IMG/VR virus record: IMGVR_UViG_3300033120_000816
DNA length: 21,164 nucleotides
Reading direction: 5' to 3' (one strand)
Source of the DNA: a virus
Lineage: Duplodnaviria; Heunggongvirae; Uroviricota; Caudoviricetes
Below are positions 8,190 through 16,546 of this stretch, piece by piece (the first letter of the stretch is position 1; each line of letters opens with the position of its first letter). The translations under genes were made by a program, and so were the position numbers. The notes beneath the pieces were generated by a model, which worked only from the letters and a program-made list of their open reading frames with translations, searched no databases and was not told the origin of the DNA.

Positions 8190-8622
8190 TGTGTGTGCTA
8201 TTTTGTTGGTTTATTATTGATTTTTTATTGTTGTGGGTCAATGCTTTCTATTTCAAAATCATCGTAACTAACATCAACGTCGTCAGTTGACAATATCTTA
8301 ATGCCACAGCTTCCGTCCATTTTACACCAACCCTCCATGTCGTTAAACTCCTCCACTACACCATATGTGTTATATTGATTAGAGGATGCGATCATGTACG
8401 CTTGACGAGCAAGTTGCTTTAAAAACGCATAAGTATAGTCGCCATTATTGTCTGATAGCAAACTCTCCCATTCGCTCCAAAATTCAACCATTTCTTTAAT
8501 CCGGTCAATCGTTTTTACGCCATCAACCTCTTCGGTTATTTCTATTACGCACCACCAGTCTATTGGTGCATAACTTATCGTATACTTTTTTGTTGCCATT
8601 GTGTGTGCTATTTTATTGGTTT
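8190..8622. repeat. 23-bp direct repeat pair (8190-8212, 8600-8622) flanking the DUF2528-like gene
   Basis: TGTGTGTGCTATTTTGTTGGTTT vs TGTGTGTGCTATTTTATTGGTTT, one mismatch; each copy lies just upstream of an ATG-GC start. Confidence 0.85.
8225..8599 (-). CDS. DUF2528-like phage protein
   Basis: FWS...L.....FLKQLA....N.YGVV.EF...EGW..MDGS.GIKI matches the recalled DUF2528 pattern. Confidence 0.7.
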   Translation of the reverse strand: MATKKYTISYAPIDWWCVIEITEEVDGVKTIDRIKEMVEFWSEWESLLSDNNGDYTYAFLKQLARQAYMIASSNQYNTYGVVEEFNDMEGWCKMDGSCGIKILSTDDVDVSYDDFEIESIDPQQ

Positions 8623-8627
8623 GATTG

Positions 8628-9461
8628 TTATAGATTTTTCTTTATTTTCTCAATACATCCGGCATACCCAGCAAGATCAACCAATGAATCTTCCTTCTCG
8701 CAATTATCGTTTGATGCCCTGCATATTTTTAACCATGCCATTGCAAGCCCTACGCGCTCAGGAGTAAAGCCATCTTTGAAGATTATCTCCCAACCTGCGC
8801 ATATATTGGCAAAGTTATCGGAGGTTTTGCCGTAGTCGTTTACCCTGCTTCCGTATATGAGGTCTTTGGCTTTTTCTAGGACTGTTTGGGTGTTGTTGAG
8901 TTCTGAGCGAGGCATGGTTGTGTAGTTGGCGTTGCTTGCAAAAACAGGGGGAGGCATTGTTTTGAAATCGGTTTCGCTTAATAGCTGAATGTATGGCTCT
9001 TCTATTATCTCAAATAGTGGCGTTTCCCCAAATAAGGCGTCCCATGTTGTATATAGCGTGTACGCATTTTTTGGAGATTTTATTTTAAGTTCACCTTCTC
9101 TGTCTGGACCCAATATCTCCCAGTCGTCAAAATTCTCAAGCCCTTGCGCTCTTCTGTATTCTTCTCCCGCCTTGGTTGCCCTTACTTTCTTCCCGATGTA
9201 ATCAGCGGTTGATTTTTGTTTAACTGACGGCTGCTCCGATTTTTTAAATGTAAAGTCTTGCGGTTCGGATAGCATAAACAAGGAAACGTCTGTGGCTTTT
9301 GTTGTGTAACCGTATTCGTTATTGCGTAATGTCACAATACCTTCATCTATTTCTACAACCTCCCATTCGCTTGTTAATGGGACGTCACTGTATCCATAAA
9401 GCTCTCTACCTCTCTCTGTTAGGTACATCTTTGTGCCGATGTAGTTTGTTGTTCCCGACAT
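8628..9461 (-). CDS. Phage protein with two N-terminal repeat domains and a C-terminal DUF6378-like domain
   Basis: C-terminal LEKAKDLIYGSRVNDYG...NF..I...W...V.LAM.WLKI.R...DSLVDLAGYA. N-terminal YIG.K...T..G.E....WE unit occurs twice. Confidence 0.75.
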   Translation of the reverse strand: MSGTTNYIGTKMYLTERGRELYGYSDVPLTSEWEVVEIDEGIVTLRNNEYGYTTKATDVSLFMLSEPQDFTFKKSEQPSVKQKSTADYIGKKVRATKAGEEYRRAQGLENFDDWEILGPDREGELKIKSPKNAYTLYTTWDALFGETPLFEIIEEPYIQLLSETDFKTMPPPVFASNANYTTMPRSELNNTQTVLEKAKDLIYGSRVNDYGKTSDNFANICAGWEIIFKDGFTPERVGLAMAWLKICRASNDNCEKEDSLVDLAGYAGCIEKIKKNL

Positions 9462-9470
9462 AATGTGTGT

Positions 9471-10244
9471 TTATTTTAAGTAAGTGTAAATGCCGTTTTT
9501 AATATCGCCTAGTATTCTTTCCAGCTGGGCTTTTGTTTCTGCTGGGAAGTCGTTCTTTAACATCCACAGCGCAAACCCTAAGTCCTTGTAAACTGGCACG
9601 TCTTTTGCCTTTGCTCCGAATGAGTATGTGGGGTAGCCCTCTTTGTTCAGGTAAAGTTTACCGGCTATGTCTATGCTCTTGGGTATATCCTGTCTGCAAT
9701 ATGCGTCTAGCTGCTCGGGAGACATCAATCTTACGTCTTGGTATATCTCTAGTTGTCTGCGGAATATACGCATGGTAGCTGTGGCATCTGCTATGGCTCC
9801 GTGCGCTCCTTCGTGACCCTCGTTGAGGTAGTGCTTAACTGCCGCTGTAAGGTCTCTGCGCTCGTTTTGGATAAATATTTTATAGATGTCGAAGATATAT
9901 CCTAGTGACACCATTATTCCGCATCTATAAAACTCAGTAAGTAACATCGGTATGTCAAACTTATTGAGATTGAACCCCGCCACATCACACCCCTCAAACC
10001 ATGCAGCCATTGATTTTGCTACGTTGGCAAATGTAGGTGCCGTAACCACCATTTCATTTGTGATACCATGCACGTCTATTGCTGTTTGTGGTATCTCAAT
10101 GGTTGGGTTGATATACAGATGCTTTGTGTCTGTGGTCCCGTCTGGGAACACCTTTATTGCTCCTATCTCTACTATTCTATCAGCAGTAGGGTTAGATCCA
10201 GTTGACTCTAAGTCAAAGAATATGGTTGGTTTGTGGAAGGTCAT
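9471..10244 (-). CDS. DEDDh 3'-5' exonuclease (DnaQ/Pol III epsilon-like)
   Basis: ExoI FFDLESTG, ExoII GFNLNKFDIPML, ExoIII HGAIADATAT. Confidence 0.92.
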   Translation of the reverse strand: MTFHKPTIFFDLESTGSNPTADRIVEIGAIKVFPDGTTDTKHLYINPTIEIPQTAIDVHGITNEMVVTAPTFANVAKSMAAWFEGCDVAGFNLNKFDIPMLLTEFYRCGIMVSLGYIFDIYKIFIQNERRDLTAAVKHYLNEGHEGAHGAIADATATMRIFRRQLEIYQDVRLMSPEQLDAYCRQDIPKSIDIAGKLYLNKEGYPTYSFGAKAKDVPVYKDLGFALWMLKNDFPAETKAQLERILGDIKNGIYTYLK

Positions 10245-10518
10245 TATCTTGTGCTATTATTTCGTTAAGCAATGTCTCCGTCACGCTTACGTGCGATCGG
10301 TTATGGTTTTTATCAAATACCGCGTAGTCTGAATTTACCTGTAAAAGGAAATATCCACCAGCCTCAACAACCCCTACATTGTTACCTATATCCCAATCTT
10401 TACTTAAGACGTGTATTGGCTCTGGGTGTGCTATCGCTCTGTCTTCTCTAGTAGGCCACCTTGCTGCTTCTCTGGTGGATACTCCCTTGTAGGTAAATTC
10501 TTTTACTTTCTTAGCCAT
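10213..10518 (-). CDS. Hypothetical protein
   Basis: 101-aa ORF packed between the ATPase and the exonuclease; ATG 3 nt after the upstream stop. Confidence 0.65.
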   Translation of the reverse strand: MAKKVKEFTYKGVSTREAARWPTREDRAIAHPEPIHVLSKDWDIGNNVGVVEAGGYFLLQVNSDYAVFDKNHNRSHVSVTETLLNEIIAQDNDLPQTNHIL

Positions 10519-10521
10519 GCT

Positions 10522-11967
10522 TTATTTTAGCTCCTTGTGAAACGACACCTTCAACTCCTTATATCCTCTCTGCATGGTGGTAATGAACACATATCCTCCG
10601 TTGTTTGCGAACCAGTTGATACGCTGTACTGCATCGCTACCCAGTGACGAAGAGTTTTCTATAAACACTACGCGTATACCGGTACACTTCCACACCTGCA
10701 AACATAGGTCCCAAAGTTCACTTTCGCAAAGGTGGGCAATGTTTGTTCCCTTGTAATATACCCCCTCTGGTTTTGCGCTGTCAATGTTTGCTACTATCAC
10801 CTCTAGTCCTTCTATTGGTGGGGTGTATTGCTTCGTTAGGTTTTTGAGGTCCGCCTCGCAGGTATCCATTATTGCCTCGCACTCCTTTTTTGCTTCCTCG
10901 TAGGTGTTGTAGTTGTCCAGTGTTTGCTTAGAGTCAGAGAGTAGTTTGCGGAGGGTTTCTATGTTGCCGTAGTCCATAACCTCCTTGCGGATTTCTTGGT
11001 ATTCTTGCTCGGCAGACTCTCTTTCCTGGATGTATTCTTTACCTCTTTTTATAGCCTCTTCTGTTTCTGCAAGTTTTACTTTTTCAGTATCCAATTGTGC
11101 TTGAAGAGCAAGTATTTCGTTTTCTATGGTTGTTATTGACCTGTTGTAGTTTGATAGTTTTGTACCCAACTCTGCCAATCTTGATTTACCGTTGTTATAC
11201 TCTGATATTTTCTTCTCGGCGGATTTAAATTTCTCGTCCAGCGCTACTCGGTCCTTGGGGGCTTCTGCCTCTATTTTCACATGGGTTGCATAGTCGGCAG
11301 ATTCTACGTACACCTTGTTTTCTGCATCCCACACGTATAAACCACTCTCATTGAGTATGCGCTGGCACTCTTTGAGGGATTTGTTTATCTCGGTGCGGTT
11401 GTTGTAGGCTTTTTGGAAAAGAGTTTTGTACTCCTCTTCTTTTTGAGAGATGTCCGTATTCTGTGCGGCCATAGATTTTATCCACTCTATCTGCTCAGAA
11501 CCTTTGCTCTTATTTTTTAAGAAGTCAGGAGATACGCCTATTGACCCAACAAGACCAGCCAACATAGTTTTGGGAGAACTCATGACAGATGTTGCCTTTT
11601 TGCCACTAGGGACATCTGTTATCATTTTTAACTTATATGCTGATTTGGTAAGCAGACTTTCGTATGTGTTCCCATTAACTTCAAACTTTAGAGACGCTGC
11701 CCTTGCTTGCTTAACGCTGTTCACGGAATTGTTTGGCTCTTCTCCGTTCATAAGGCAAGTTATTGCGTTTGCTAGCGACGTCTTGCCTACTCCTTGGTCT
11801 CCCGAAAACTCGGCTATGTTTTCTCCTTCAGGAAATACGATTACCAAAGATTTATCTGAATAATCCAGCCCTGCAAATGTATCTACTGTAAGAGATACCA
11901 GTTTGAGGTGGTTGGGGCGCGATGCTATATCGGCTACTTCTGTTGTTGGTGTGTTGGTGTTTTCCAT
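10522..11967 (-). CDS. SbcC/RecN-like split ABC-type ATPase with central coiled coil
   Basis: Walker A GDQGVGKT, long heptad-rich middle, signature-like LCESE, Walker B-like VVFIE. Confidence 0.8.
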   Translation of the reverse strand: MENTNTPTTEVADIASRPNHLKLVSLTVDTFAGLDYSDKSLVIVFPEGENIAEFSGDQGVGKTSLANAITCLMNGEEPNNSVNSVKQARAASLKFEVNGNTYESLLTKSAYKLKMITDVPSGKKATSVMSSPKTMLAGLVGSIGVSPDFLKNKSKGSEQIEWIKSMAAQNTDISQKEEEYKTLFQKAYNNRTEINKSLKECQRILNESGLYVWDAENKVYVESADYATHVKIEAEAPKDRVALDEKFKSAEKKISEYNNGKSRLAELGTKLSNYNRSITTIENEILALQAQLDTEKVKLAETEEAIKRGKEYIQERESAEQEYQEIRKEVMDYGNIETLRKLLSDSKQTLDNYNTYEEAKKECEAIMDTCEADLKNLTKQYTPPIEGLEVIVANIDSAKPEGVYYKGTNIAHLCESELWDLCLQVWKCTGIRVVFIENSSSLGSDAVQRINWFANNGGYVFITTMQRGYKELKVSFHKELK

Positions 11968-11997
11968 TTGTTTTGTTGTATGTGTTTTGTGAAAAAA

Positions 11998-12504
11998 TTA
12001 TTTTGTTGTAGTGCTGCTTATTGCTAGTCCAGCGGTGATTAATGATGGTATGTGCATGTATCCGCAGTCGTAAACAGGTTTTGGTGTGCCGTCTTGTCGG
12101 AATGGAGAGCGGAGGTAATCAATACAATGCAAAACATAGTTTATAGGGAAATCTACACCTGCACCGTAAGCAAGTGCAAAAGCTACCATTTTACCTATAA
12201 CAGCATTTTGCGTGTCATCAAACTCTGGGTTGTTGCCACTTACAGTGCGACCAACTTCCACCGCATCATCATCCTTAACCTCGGATAGTGGGGTTAAAAT
12301 GGGTTTGCATCTTGTAATATCCACAGTTTCTAAATTATAATTACTGTTGTGTACTTGCGTTTGGTATACGCCACATATCAACAGCGTGTCATAAAAACCA
12401 AATAATTTTATTCTTTTGGAATAATCTGAAATGTTTGTGTACATCACCTCACAGCCCATATAAGCCGCAAACATTCCTCTTAAAAATTCGTTCGTGTGTG
12501 TCAT
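11998..12504 (-). CDS. Hypothetical phage protein
   Basis: 168-aa ATG ORF. CKPILTPLSE resembles a motif recalled from Bacteroidetes phage hypothetical proteins. Confidence 0.7.
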   Translation of the reverse strand: MTHTNEFLRGMFAAYMGCEVMYTNISDYSKRIKLFGFYDTLLICGVYQTQVHNSNYNLETVDITRCKPILTPLSEVKDDDAVEVGRTVSGNNPEFDDTQNAVIGKMVAFALAYGAGVDFPINYVLHCIDYLRSPFRQDGTPKPVYDCGYMHIPSLITAGLAISSTTTK

Positions 12505-12506
12505 AT

Positions 12507-12710
12507 TTAGTTGTTTAAATCTATTTCTGAAATGTGGTGAATGGGGTTGGCGTTATTGTCAGATAATGAGGTTCTTTTAATGCCTACAAAAAATTGAACT
12601 CTAATAAGCGTTTCAGATTTACCAATACCGAAAGTTTTTTGTGTGGATGATTCCTCCAAATCAATCAACGAATACACCTCTCTCAACTTTTTTATTGGTG
12701 CCACAGTCAA
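12507..12710 (-). CDS. Possible small hypothetical protein (alternative: 29-aa ORF 12661-12750)
   Basis: 67-aa TTG ORF fills the gap. A competing ATG at 12750 overlaps the upstream stop (ATGA) but ends at 12661. Unresolved. Confidence 0.3.
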   Translation of the reverse strand: MTVAPIKKLREVYSLIDLEESSTQKTFGIGKSETLIRVQFFVGIKRTSLSDNNANPIHHISEIDLNN

Positions 12711-12746
12711 TGTAGCAGTCGGTACGGATAATTTCGCTTAGTTTTT

Positions 12747-13037
12747 TCATTGCGCTTTTTGTTTTTCGTTTCTCTTTTGGATATGTCTAGCTATATAAAT
12801 ATCAGAGGCATCCATAAACATGCGACGAAGCAGTTGGTTTTTAATTATTCCTTTAGATATATGGTATAACGCAAACTTGGTACAAGGGACGTTAGAGTAT
12901 TCTTTCCACTCCTCTGACTCAGATATTATTGCCGAAATGTCAGACGCCCAACTATTTGCAATGTTTTTAACCTTTTGAGTGCGTTTTTCAAGACATTCAT
13001 TGGTTATTGCCTTAATATTAGTTTCCGTTTCTTGCAT
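12747..13037 (-). CDS. Hypothetical protein, first gene of the leftward operon
   Basis: Start moved to ATG 13037 (MQETETNIK), because the track TTG at 13118 lies within the leftward promoter. Confidence 0.7.
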   Translation of the reverse strand: MQETETNIKAITNECLEKRTQKVKNIANSWASDISAIISESEEWKEYSNVPCTKFALYHISKGIIKNQLLRRMFMDASDIYIARHIQKRNEKQKAQ

Positions 13038-13088
13038 TTTGATTTTATTTATTTTTACTTTTCTTTTGAAAATCTTAATAATTTTCAA

Positions 13089-13119
13089 CAAAGATAGTTT
13101 GTTTTTACTTTTCTGCAAA
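13089..13119 (-). promoter_or_regulatory. Leftward Bacteroidetes sigma-70 promoter
   Basis: Minus strand TTTG (13119-13116), 19 bp spacer, TATCTTTG (13096-13089): full consensus and spacing. Confidence 0.8.
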
Positions 13120-13155
13120 TTTTCTTAAAAAATTTTATTTTCTCAACATTTAGTG

Positions 13156-13163
13156 TACTTTTG
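13156..13163 (+). promoter_or_regulatory. Rightward promoter -7 box TACTTTTG
   Basis: TAnnTTTG 21 nt upstream of ATG 13185. The -33 zone is T-rich but imperfect. The box overlaps a palindromic repeat copy. Confidence 0.6.
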
Positions 13164-13184
13164 GTCAAGCAAAACACACAGCAA

Positions 13185-13757
13185 ATGGGATTCAAAACAA
13201 TTAAGATAGGCGACCCCTGCACTATAAAGTCATCGGGGGAGCTTGGAGAAGTTGAGGATATAATTAAAGGTAAGTATAAAGTAAGTGGGTCTGAGGAGCT
13301 GTTATTTGCGCATGAGATACTTACAATACCCAAGAAGACAGAGCCAAAATTACCCAAACCTATAAAGAGAACAGAGAAAAAACCTTTTGCTGAAGTTTTG
13401 CTTAAGCAAAAATTCAGCAAGAGTATCAACAAAGTGAGTGACAAACAAAAAAAGTACAACAACATATACACTATTGTCGCTCCAAAATTCAAAATAAACA
13501 ACCCAGAATGTCTTGCTCGCCTACCTGGTTGTACTGTTGTTACCGAGGAAATCCACCACATGTATAAAAGAACTGGGCACTGGCTGGTGATGTCAAAATA
13601 CTTTCTACCAGTGTGCAGATGCTGCCACCGGACCATAACAGACAATAGCGCAATGGCTATTGAAATGGGATTATCTATATCAAGGATGGTGGAATTAGAG
13701 CAGGAATACACCGAGGAAGAGCAGCTATTAATTGATAAAATCTTCAAAAAAGACTAA
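13185..13757 (+). CDS. HNH endonuclease with small N-terminal beta domain and Lys-rich linker
   Basis: C.ARLPGC...EEIHH...R.G...FLPVCRCCH..I zinc/HNH pattern. Start moved from TTG 13161 to ATG 13185. Confidence 0.8.
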   Translation: MGFKTIKIGDPCTIKSSGELGEVEDIIKGKYKVSGSEELLFAHEILTIPKKTEPKLPKPIKRTEKKPFAEVLLKQKFSKSINKVSDKQKKYNNIYTIVAPKFKINNPECLARLPGCTVVTEEIHHMYKRTGHWLVMSKYFLPVCRCCHRTITDNSAMAIEMGLSISRMVELEQEYTEEEQLLIDKIFKKD

Positions 13758-13810
13758 AAAATACATTTTGCAACAGTTTTGCTTGAGCAAAACGCTAAAC
13801 AAACATAAAA

Positions 13811-14905
13811 ATGGCTAAAAAAAAGGATTTCTACTTAAAGTTTGACTTTAAGGACTTTTCAACCGACATCCAACTAATGAAGTGCTCTCCAGCAACAACA
13901 GGAGTGTATATTAGGCTTATATGCTTACTCTGTCAGACTGAATCAAGAGGGAAGTACGAATTAGGAGAAGATTTTACTGCAAAATTTGCTTCAATTTTGC
14001 TTAAGCAAAACGTTGAGCAAAAGAATGAGCAAATAGGCAAGCACCTGCTTGACGTTTGCTGTGGAATTGCTGATGATATTGGTAGACTTTTGTCGTACGA
14101 AAGAGAGCATATTGTCTCTGCATTTATGGAGCTTCTGAAACACAATGTCATTTATTTGGAGGATAAATTTATTTGTCAAAAAAGAATGATTAGAGATGCG
14201 GAAATCTCTAAGATGCGCGCCAGTAGCGGAAGGAAGGGAGGTTTGGCTTCTATTAAAAAACAAAAAAAGGCACCTAAAAAAACTGATGATGCTTTTGCTC
14301 AAAATTTGCTTGAGCAAAATGTCAAGCAAAAGCCTAACTATAACTATATCTCTATTAATAACACTAATACAGAGATAGGGGAAGAGAAAAAAGAGAAAGA
14401 GGGTATAGGAAATGTAAGAGGGGTGCAGGGGGACGAAAATTTGGGAGAAAGAGAAAAAAGAGAAACCCCAAAAAATAATTTGCCGCCGCAAAATTTGAAT
14501 TTCAACCTTCACGACACTTCGAAAAAATCCACCAAGACCCTGACGCTGGATGCTGGGGACCTTCAGCTCTTGGCAAATTTCGGGGAGTCGGTTCGGGTAG
14601 AGTGGTTGGTTTGGCGGCAGTACCTTCTCGACGCACATAATAAAAAAACTGATAATATTCAGGTCAAGCAGCAGCAACTTGAAAAGCTGGCGATACTCTC
14701 GAAAGGCGACGAAGATTTGATTGTGAAAATTATTCGAAATTGCATCGCAAATGTGTGGCCAAATTTGCACCCATTACCCGCCTCAAAATCTCTGCAAAAC
14801 GGACCAGTTCTCCAGCCACTTTCCGACATCGACCAGCGAATCGCAGCCGAAACAGACCCGAAAAAGAAGATAGAATTGCAGCGAGAAAAATATGCCTTTC
14901 CTTAA
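13811..14905 (+). CDS. Phage replication initiator/replisome organiser (DUF1376/YdaU-like N-terminus)
   Basis: N-terminal F.F.DF.TD..L......GVYIRL.C; low-complexity linker; C-terminal W..W..Y....H.K....L..L.KGD....IIRNCIAN.W. Lies directly upstream of the DnaC-like ATPase. Confidence 0.75.
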   Translation: MAKKKDFYLKFDFKDFSTDIQLMKCSPATTGVYIRLICLLCQTESRGKYELGEDFTAKFASILLKQNVEQKNEQIGKHLLDVCCGIADDIGRLLSYEREHIVSAFMELLKHNVIYLEDKFICQKRMIRDAEISKMRASSGRKGGLASIKKQKKAPKKTDDAFAQNLLEQNVKQKPNYNYISINNTNTEIGEEKKEKEGIGNVRGVQGDENLGEREKRETPKNNLPPQNLNFNLHDTSKKSTKTLTLDAGDLQLLANFGESVRVEWLVWRQYLLDAHNKKTDNIQVKQQQLEKLAILSKGDEDLIVKIIRNCIANVWPNLHPLPASKSLQNGPVLQPLSDIDQRIAAETDPKKKIELQREKYAFP

Positions 14906-15053
14906 AAAAACACCCCTCTCCTTGCTATGTGTACGGAAATTGGGAGAAAATCGAAGGAATGTGCCAAAAAACAGGGTAAAAACATCGGTTTGTCCCGACT
15001 TAGAACTATTCAAAAACTCAAAAACCAAAAAATACTAAAAATCGAACAATATT

Positions 15054-16142
15054 ATGGAAAATGTTAATGAAATAATGAGCTTCCAAAAGTTCATAGAAAA
15101 CAGGTATCCAAACTACCAAATTGACCCCTACAATGAGGGTGAAATTGAAGCCCTAAATTTGTGGGCAAATCGGTCCTCAGAATTCGAAAAAAAATACCCA
15201 AAATTTTCCCTGCAAAAAGGGTGGATTTTAACAGGCAATGTAGGCACCGGAAAAACCGATTTGATAAAAATGTTTCAGAACTATTTGGGCAGGTATCTGA
15301 AGAGTAATTACAAATTCAGCCTGCATGTTGCTTGGAAACTAGCAGCTGATTTTACAAAAGAAGGGTATACTGTCATTAGCGATCACGAAAAAGGGAACCG
15401 ATATTACGATGAATTGTGCCTTGTGGATGCCAGAAATCCGTACCCTATTAGAGAGACTGTAACCAACTATGGTAACAAATTACTGATAGGCGAGGAGATT
15501 ATCATGTCGCGCTACAACTCCCTGAAAGATTACGGATACCTGACTCACTTCTCTACAAATGCCACAACTAAACAGCTTTTGGATATATATGGAGAGAGAG
15601 CGTACTCAAGATTGACCGAAATGTGCAATTTTATGCTACTTACGGGACCAGATAGAAGAGGCACAGCATCCAAACCAAACATATACGTAGACCTAAACAA
15701 CCCAACTAAAAAAGAAGTCCCCAGCGCCCCGGTATCAGATTACGAGCACCAGCAAATCAAAGCAAACCTAGAAGCAAACTACACAAATTACCTTAACACT
15801 GGAGTAATTGACAAGCTACTCGCTCAGTTGGATTATAACGTACTCATTACTTATGGCTGCAACCTTGGAGGGCAAGAAGAACTGGATAGCTTAACTTTTG
15901 CCGCAGCAAAAACTTACCAAAAGAAACAAAGTGTGACTGGTGGGCAGAGTGCAGGCGAACCGATAGTGTATATAGAGCCTACCCAATTTGAAAACGAAAA
16001 GGCTAAGAGGATACATTCTGTCACTGAGGCTAAAGCAATTATGGTTGAAAACTTTTATATAGCACTAAAACAAGGTGGAAGTAAGAGTATTTTCGGTATG
16101 GTTGATGTTAATGTATCAGAATTGCTACACATGCAAAAATAA
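15054..16142 (+). CDS. DnaC/IstB-like AAA+ helicase loader with C-terminal extension
   Basis: Walker A GNVGTGKT, Walker B YYDE, FSTN, YGERAYSRLTEMC...GPDRR. Confidence 0.85.
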   Translation: MENVNEIMSFQKFIENRYPNYQIDPYNEGEIEALNLWANRSSEFEKKYPKFSLQKGWILTGNVGTGKTDLIKMFQNYLGRYLKSNYKFSLHVAWKLAADFTKEGYTVISDHEKGNRYYDELCLVDARNPYPIRETVTNYGNKLLIGEEIIMSRYNSLKDYGYLTHFSTNATTKQLLDIYGERAYSRLTEMCNFMLLTGPDRRGTASKPNIYVDLNNPTKKEVPSAPVSDYEHQQIKANLEANYTNYLNTGVIDKLLAQLDYNVLITYGCNLGGQEELDSLTFAAAKTYQKKQSVTGGQSAGEPIVYIEPTQFENEKAKRIHSVTEAKAIMVENFYIALKQGGSKSIFGMVDVNVSELLHMQK

Positions 16143-16271
16143 TACAAAACCAAAGCCCTACTTAACATAATGTAAAACTTTTTTCAAAACATTTCATTCT
16201 AATTTATAACATGACAAAATGGCTGATTTTAAGTAAATTTTAAAACTATTTTGGCAGAAAATCACACAAAT

Positions 16272-16535
16272 ATGAGTTTAAATTCTAATTACACACCAAA
16301 AGGTATCCCAGTTCAAGGGTGTTATCTTAACAATCTGCTCCCACACGCTGTTGTTTACGAGCATGAGATGTTTTATACTATGCTCTGTATCTATCCACCA
16401 AAGGCCAGAGTCAATGGGTTTGAGAAAATCTATCAAGATGTAAAGGAAAAACTTGGAGAAGCACTGCTCCCGGTATATACACTGGTTCCTAAAGGAAGTG
16501 TGAGGAGTTATTTTGTATTGTTTGTAAGGAAGTAA
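16272..16535 (+). CDS. Hypothetical protein
   Basis: ATG 16272 follows the atcacacaaat leader; the track uses TTG 16251. Confidence 0.6.
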   Translation: MSLNSNYTPKGIPVQGCYLNNLLPHAVVYEHEMFYTMLCIYPPKARVNGFEKIYQDVKEKLGEALLPVYTLVPKGSVRSYFVLFVRK

Positions 16536-16546
16536 AAAATAAAATT

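Larger units (their letters stand above)
13148..14331. repeat. Five dispersed ~39-bp nested-palindrome repeats (candidate iterons/operators)
   Basis: 16-bp cores: TTTTGGTCAAGCAAAA 13159, TTTTGCTTAAGCAAAA 13396, TTTTGCTTGAGCAAAA 13777, TTTTGCTTAAGCAAAA 13995, ATTTGCTTGAGCAAAA 14304. Most have an extra WTTTGC 11 bp upstream and a (G/A)CAA half-site downstream. Degenerate core ATTTGCCGCCGCAAAA at 14478. Confidence 0.9.

Noticed and set aside
4752-12288. Plus-strand track ORFs across the left arm
   Set aside because: Antisense to densely packed, recognisable minus-strand genes; no motifs or leaders.
12661-12750. Programmed frameshift joining the 12750 and 12710 frames at the AAAAAAG run
   Set aside because: Joining needs a +1 shift, whereas the A-AAA-AAG heptamer is a -1 signal phased in the other frame.
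13159-14331. CRISPR array or DGR TR/VR reading of the palindromic repeats
   Set aside because: Gaps of 218-381 bp are irregular and coding; there is no cas or reverse transcriptase, and no adenine-specific variation.
13085-15028. Long minus-strand ORFs 13085-13747 (220 aa) and 13991-14770 (259 aa), and other alternative-frame ORFs
   Set aside because: Shadows of the Lys/Glu-rich HNH and initiator genes; the Phe/Leu richness is the expected reverse-complement effect.
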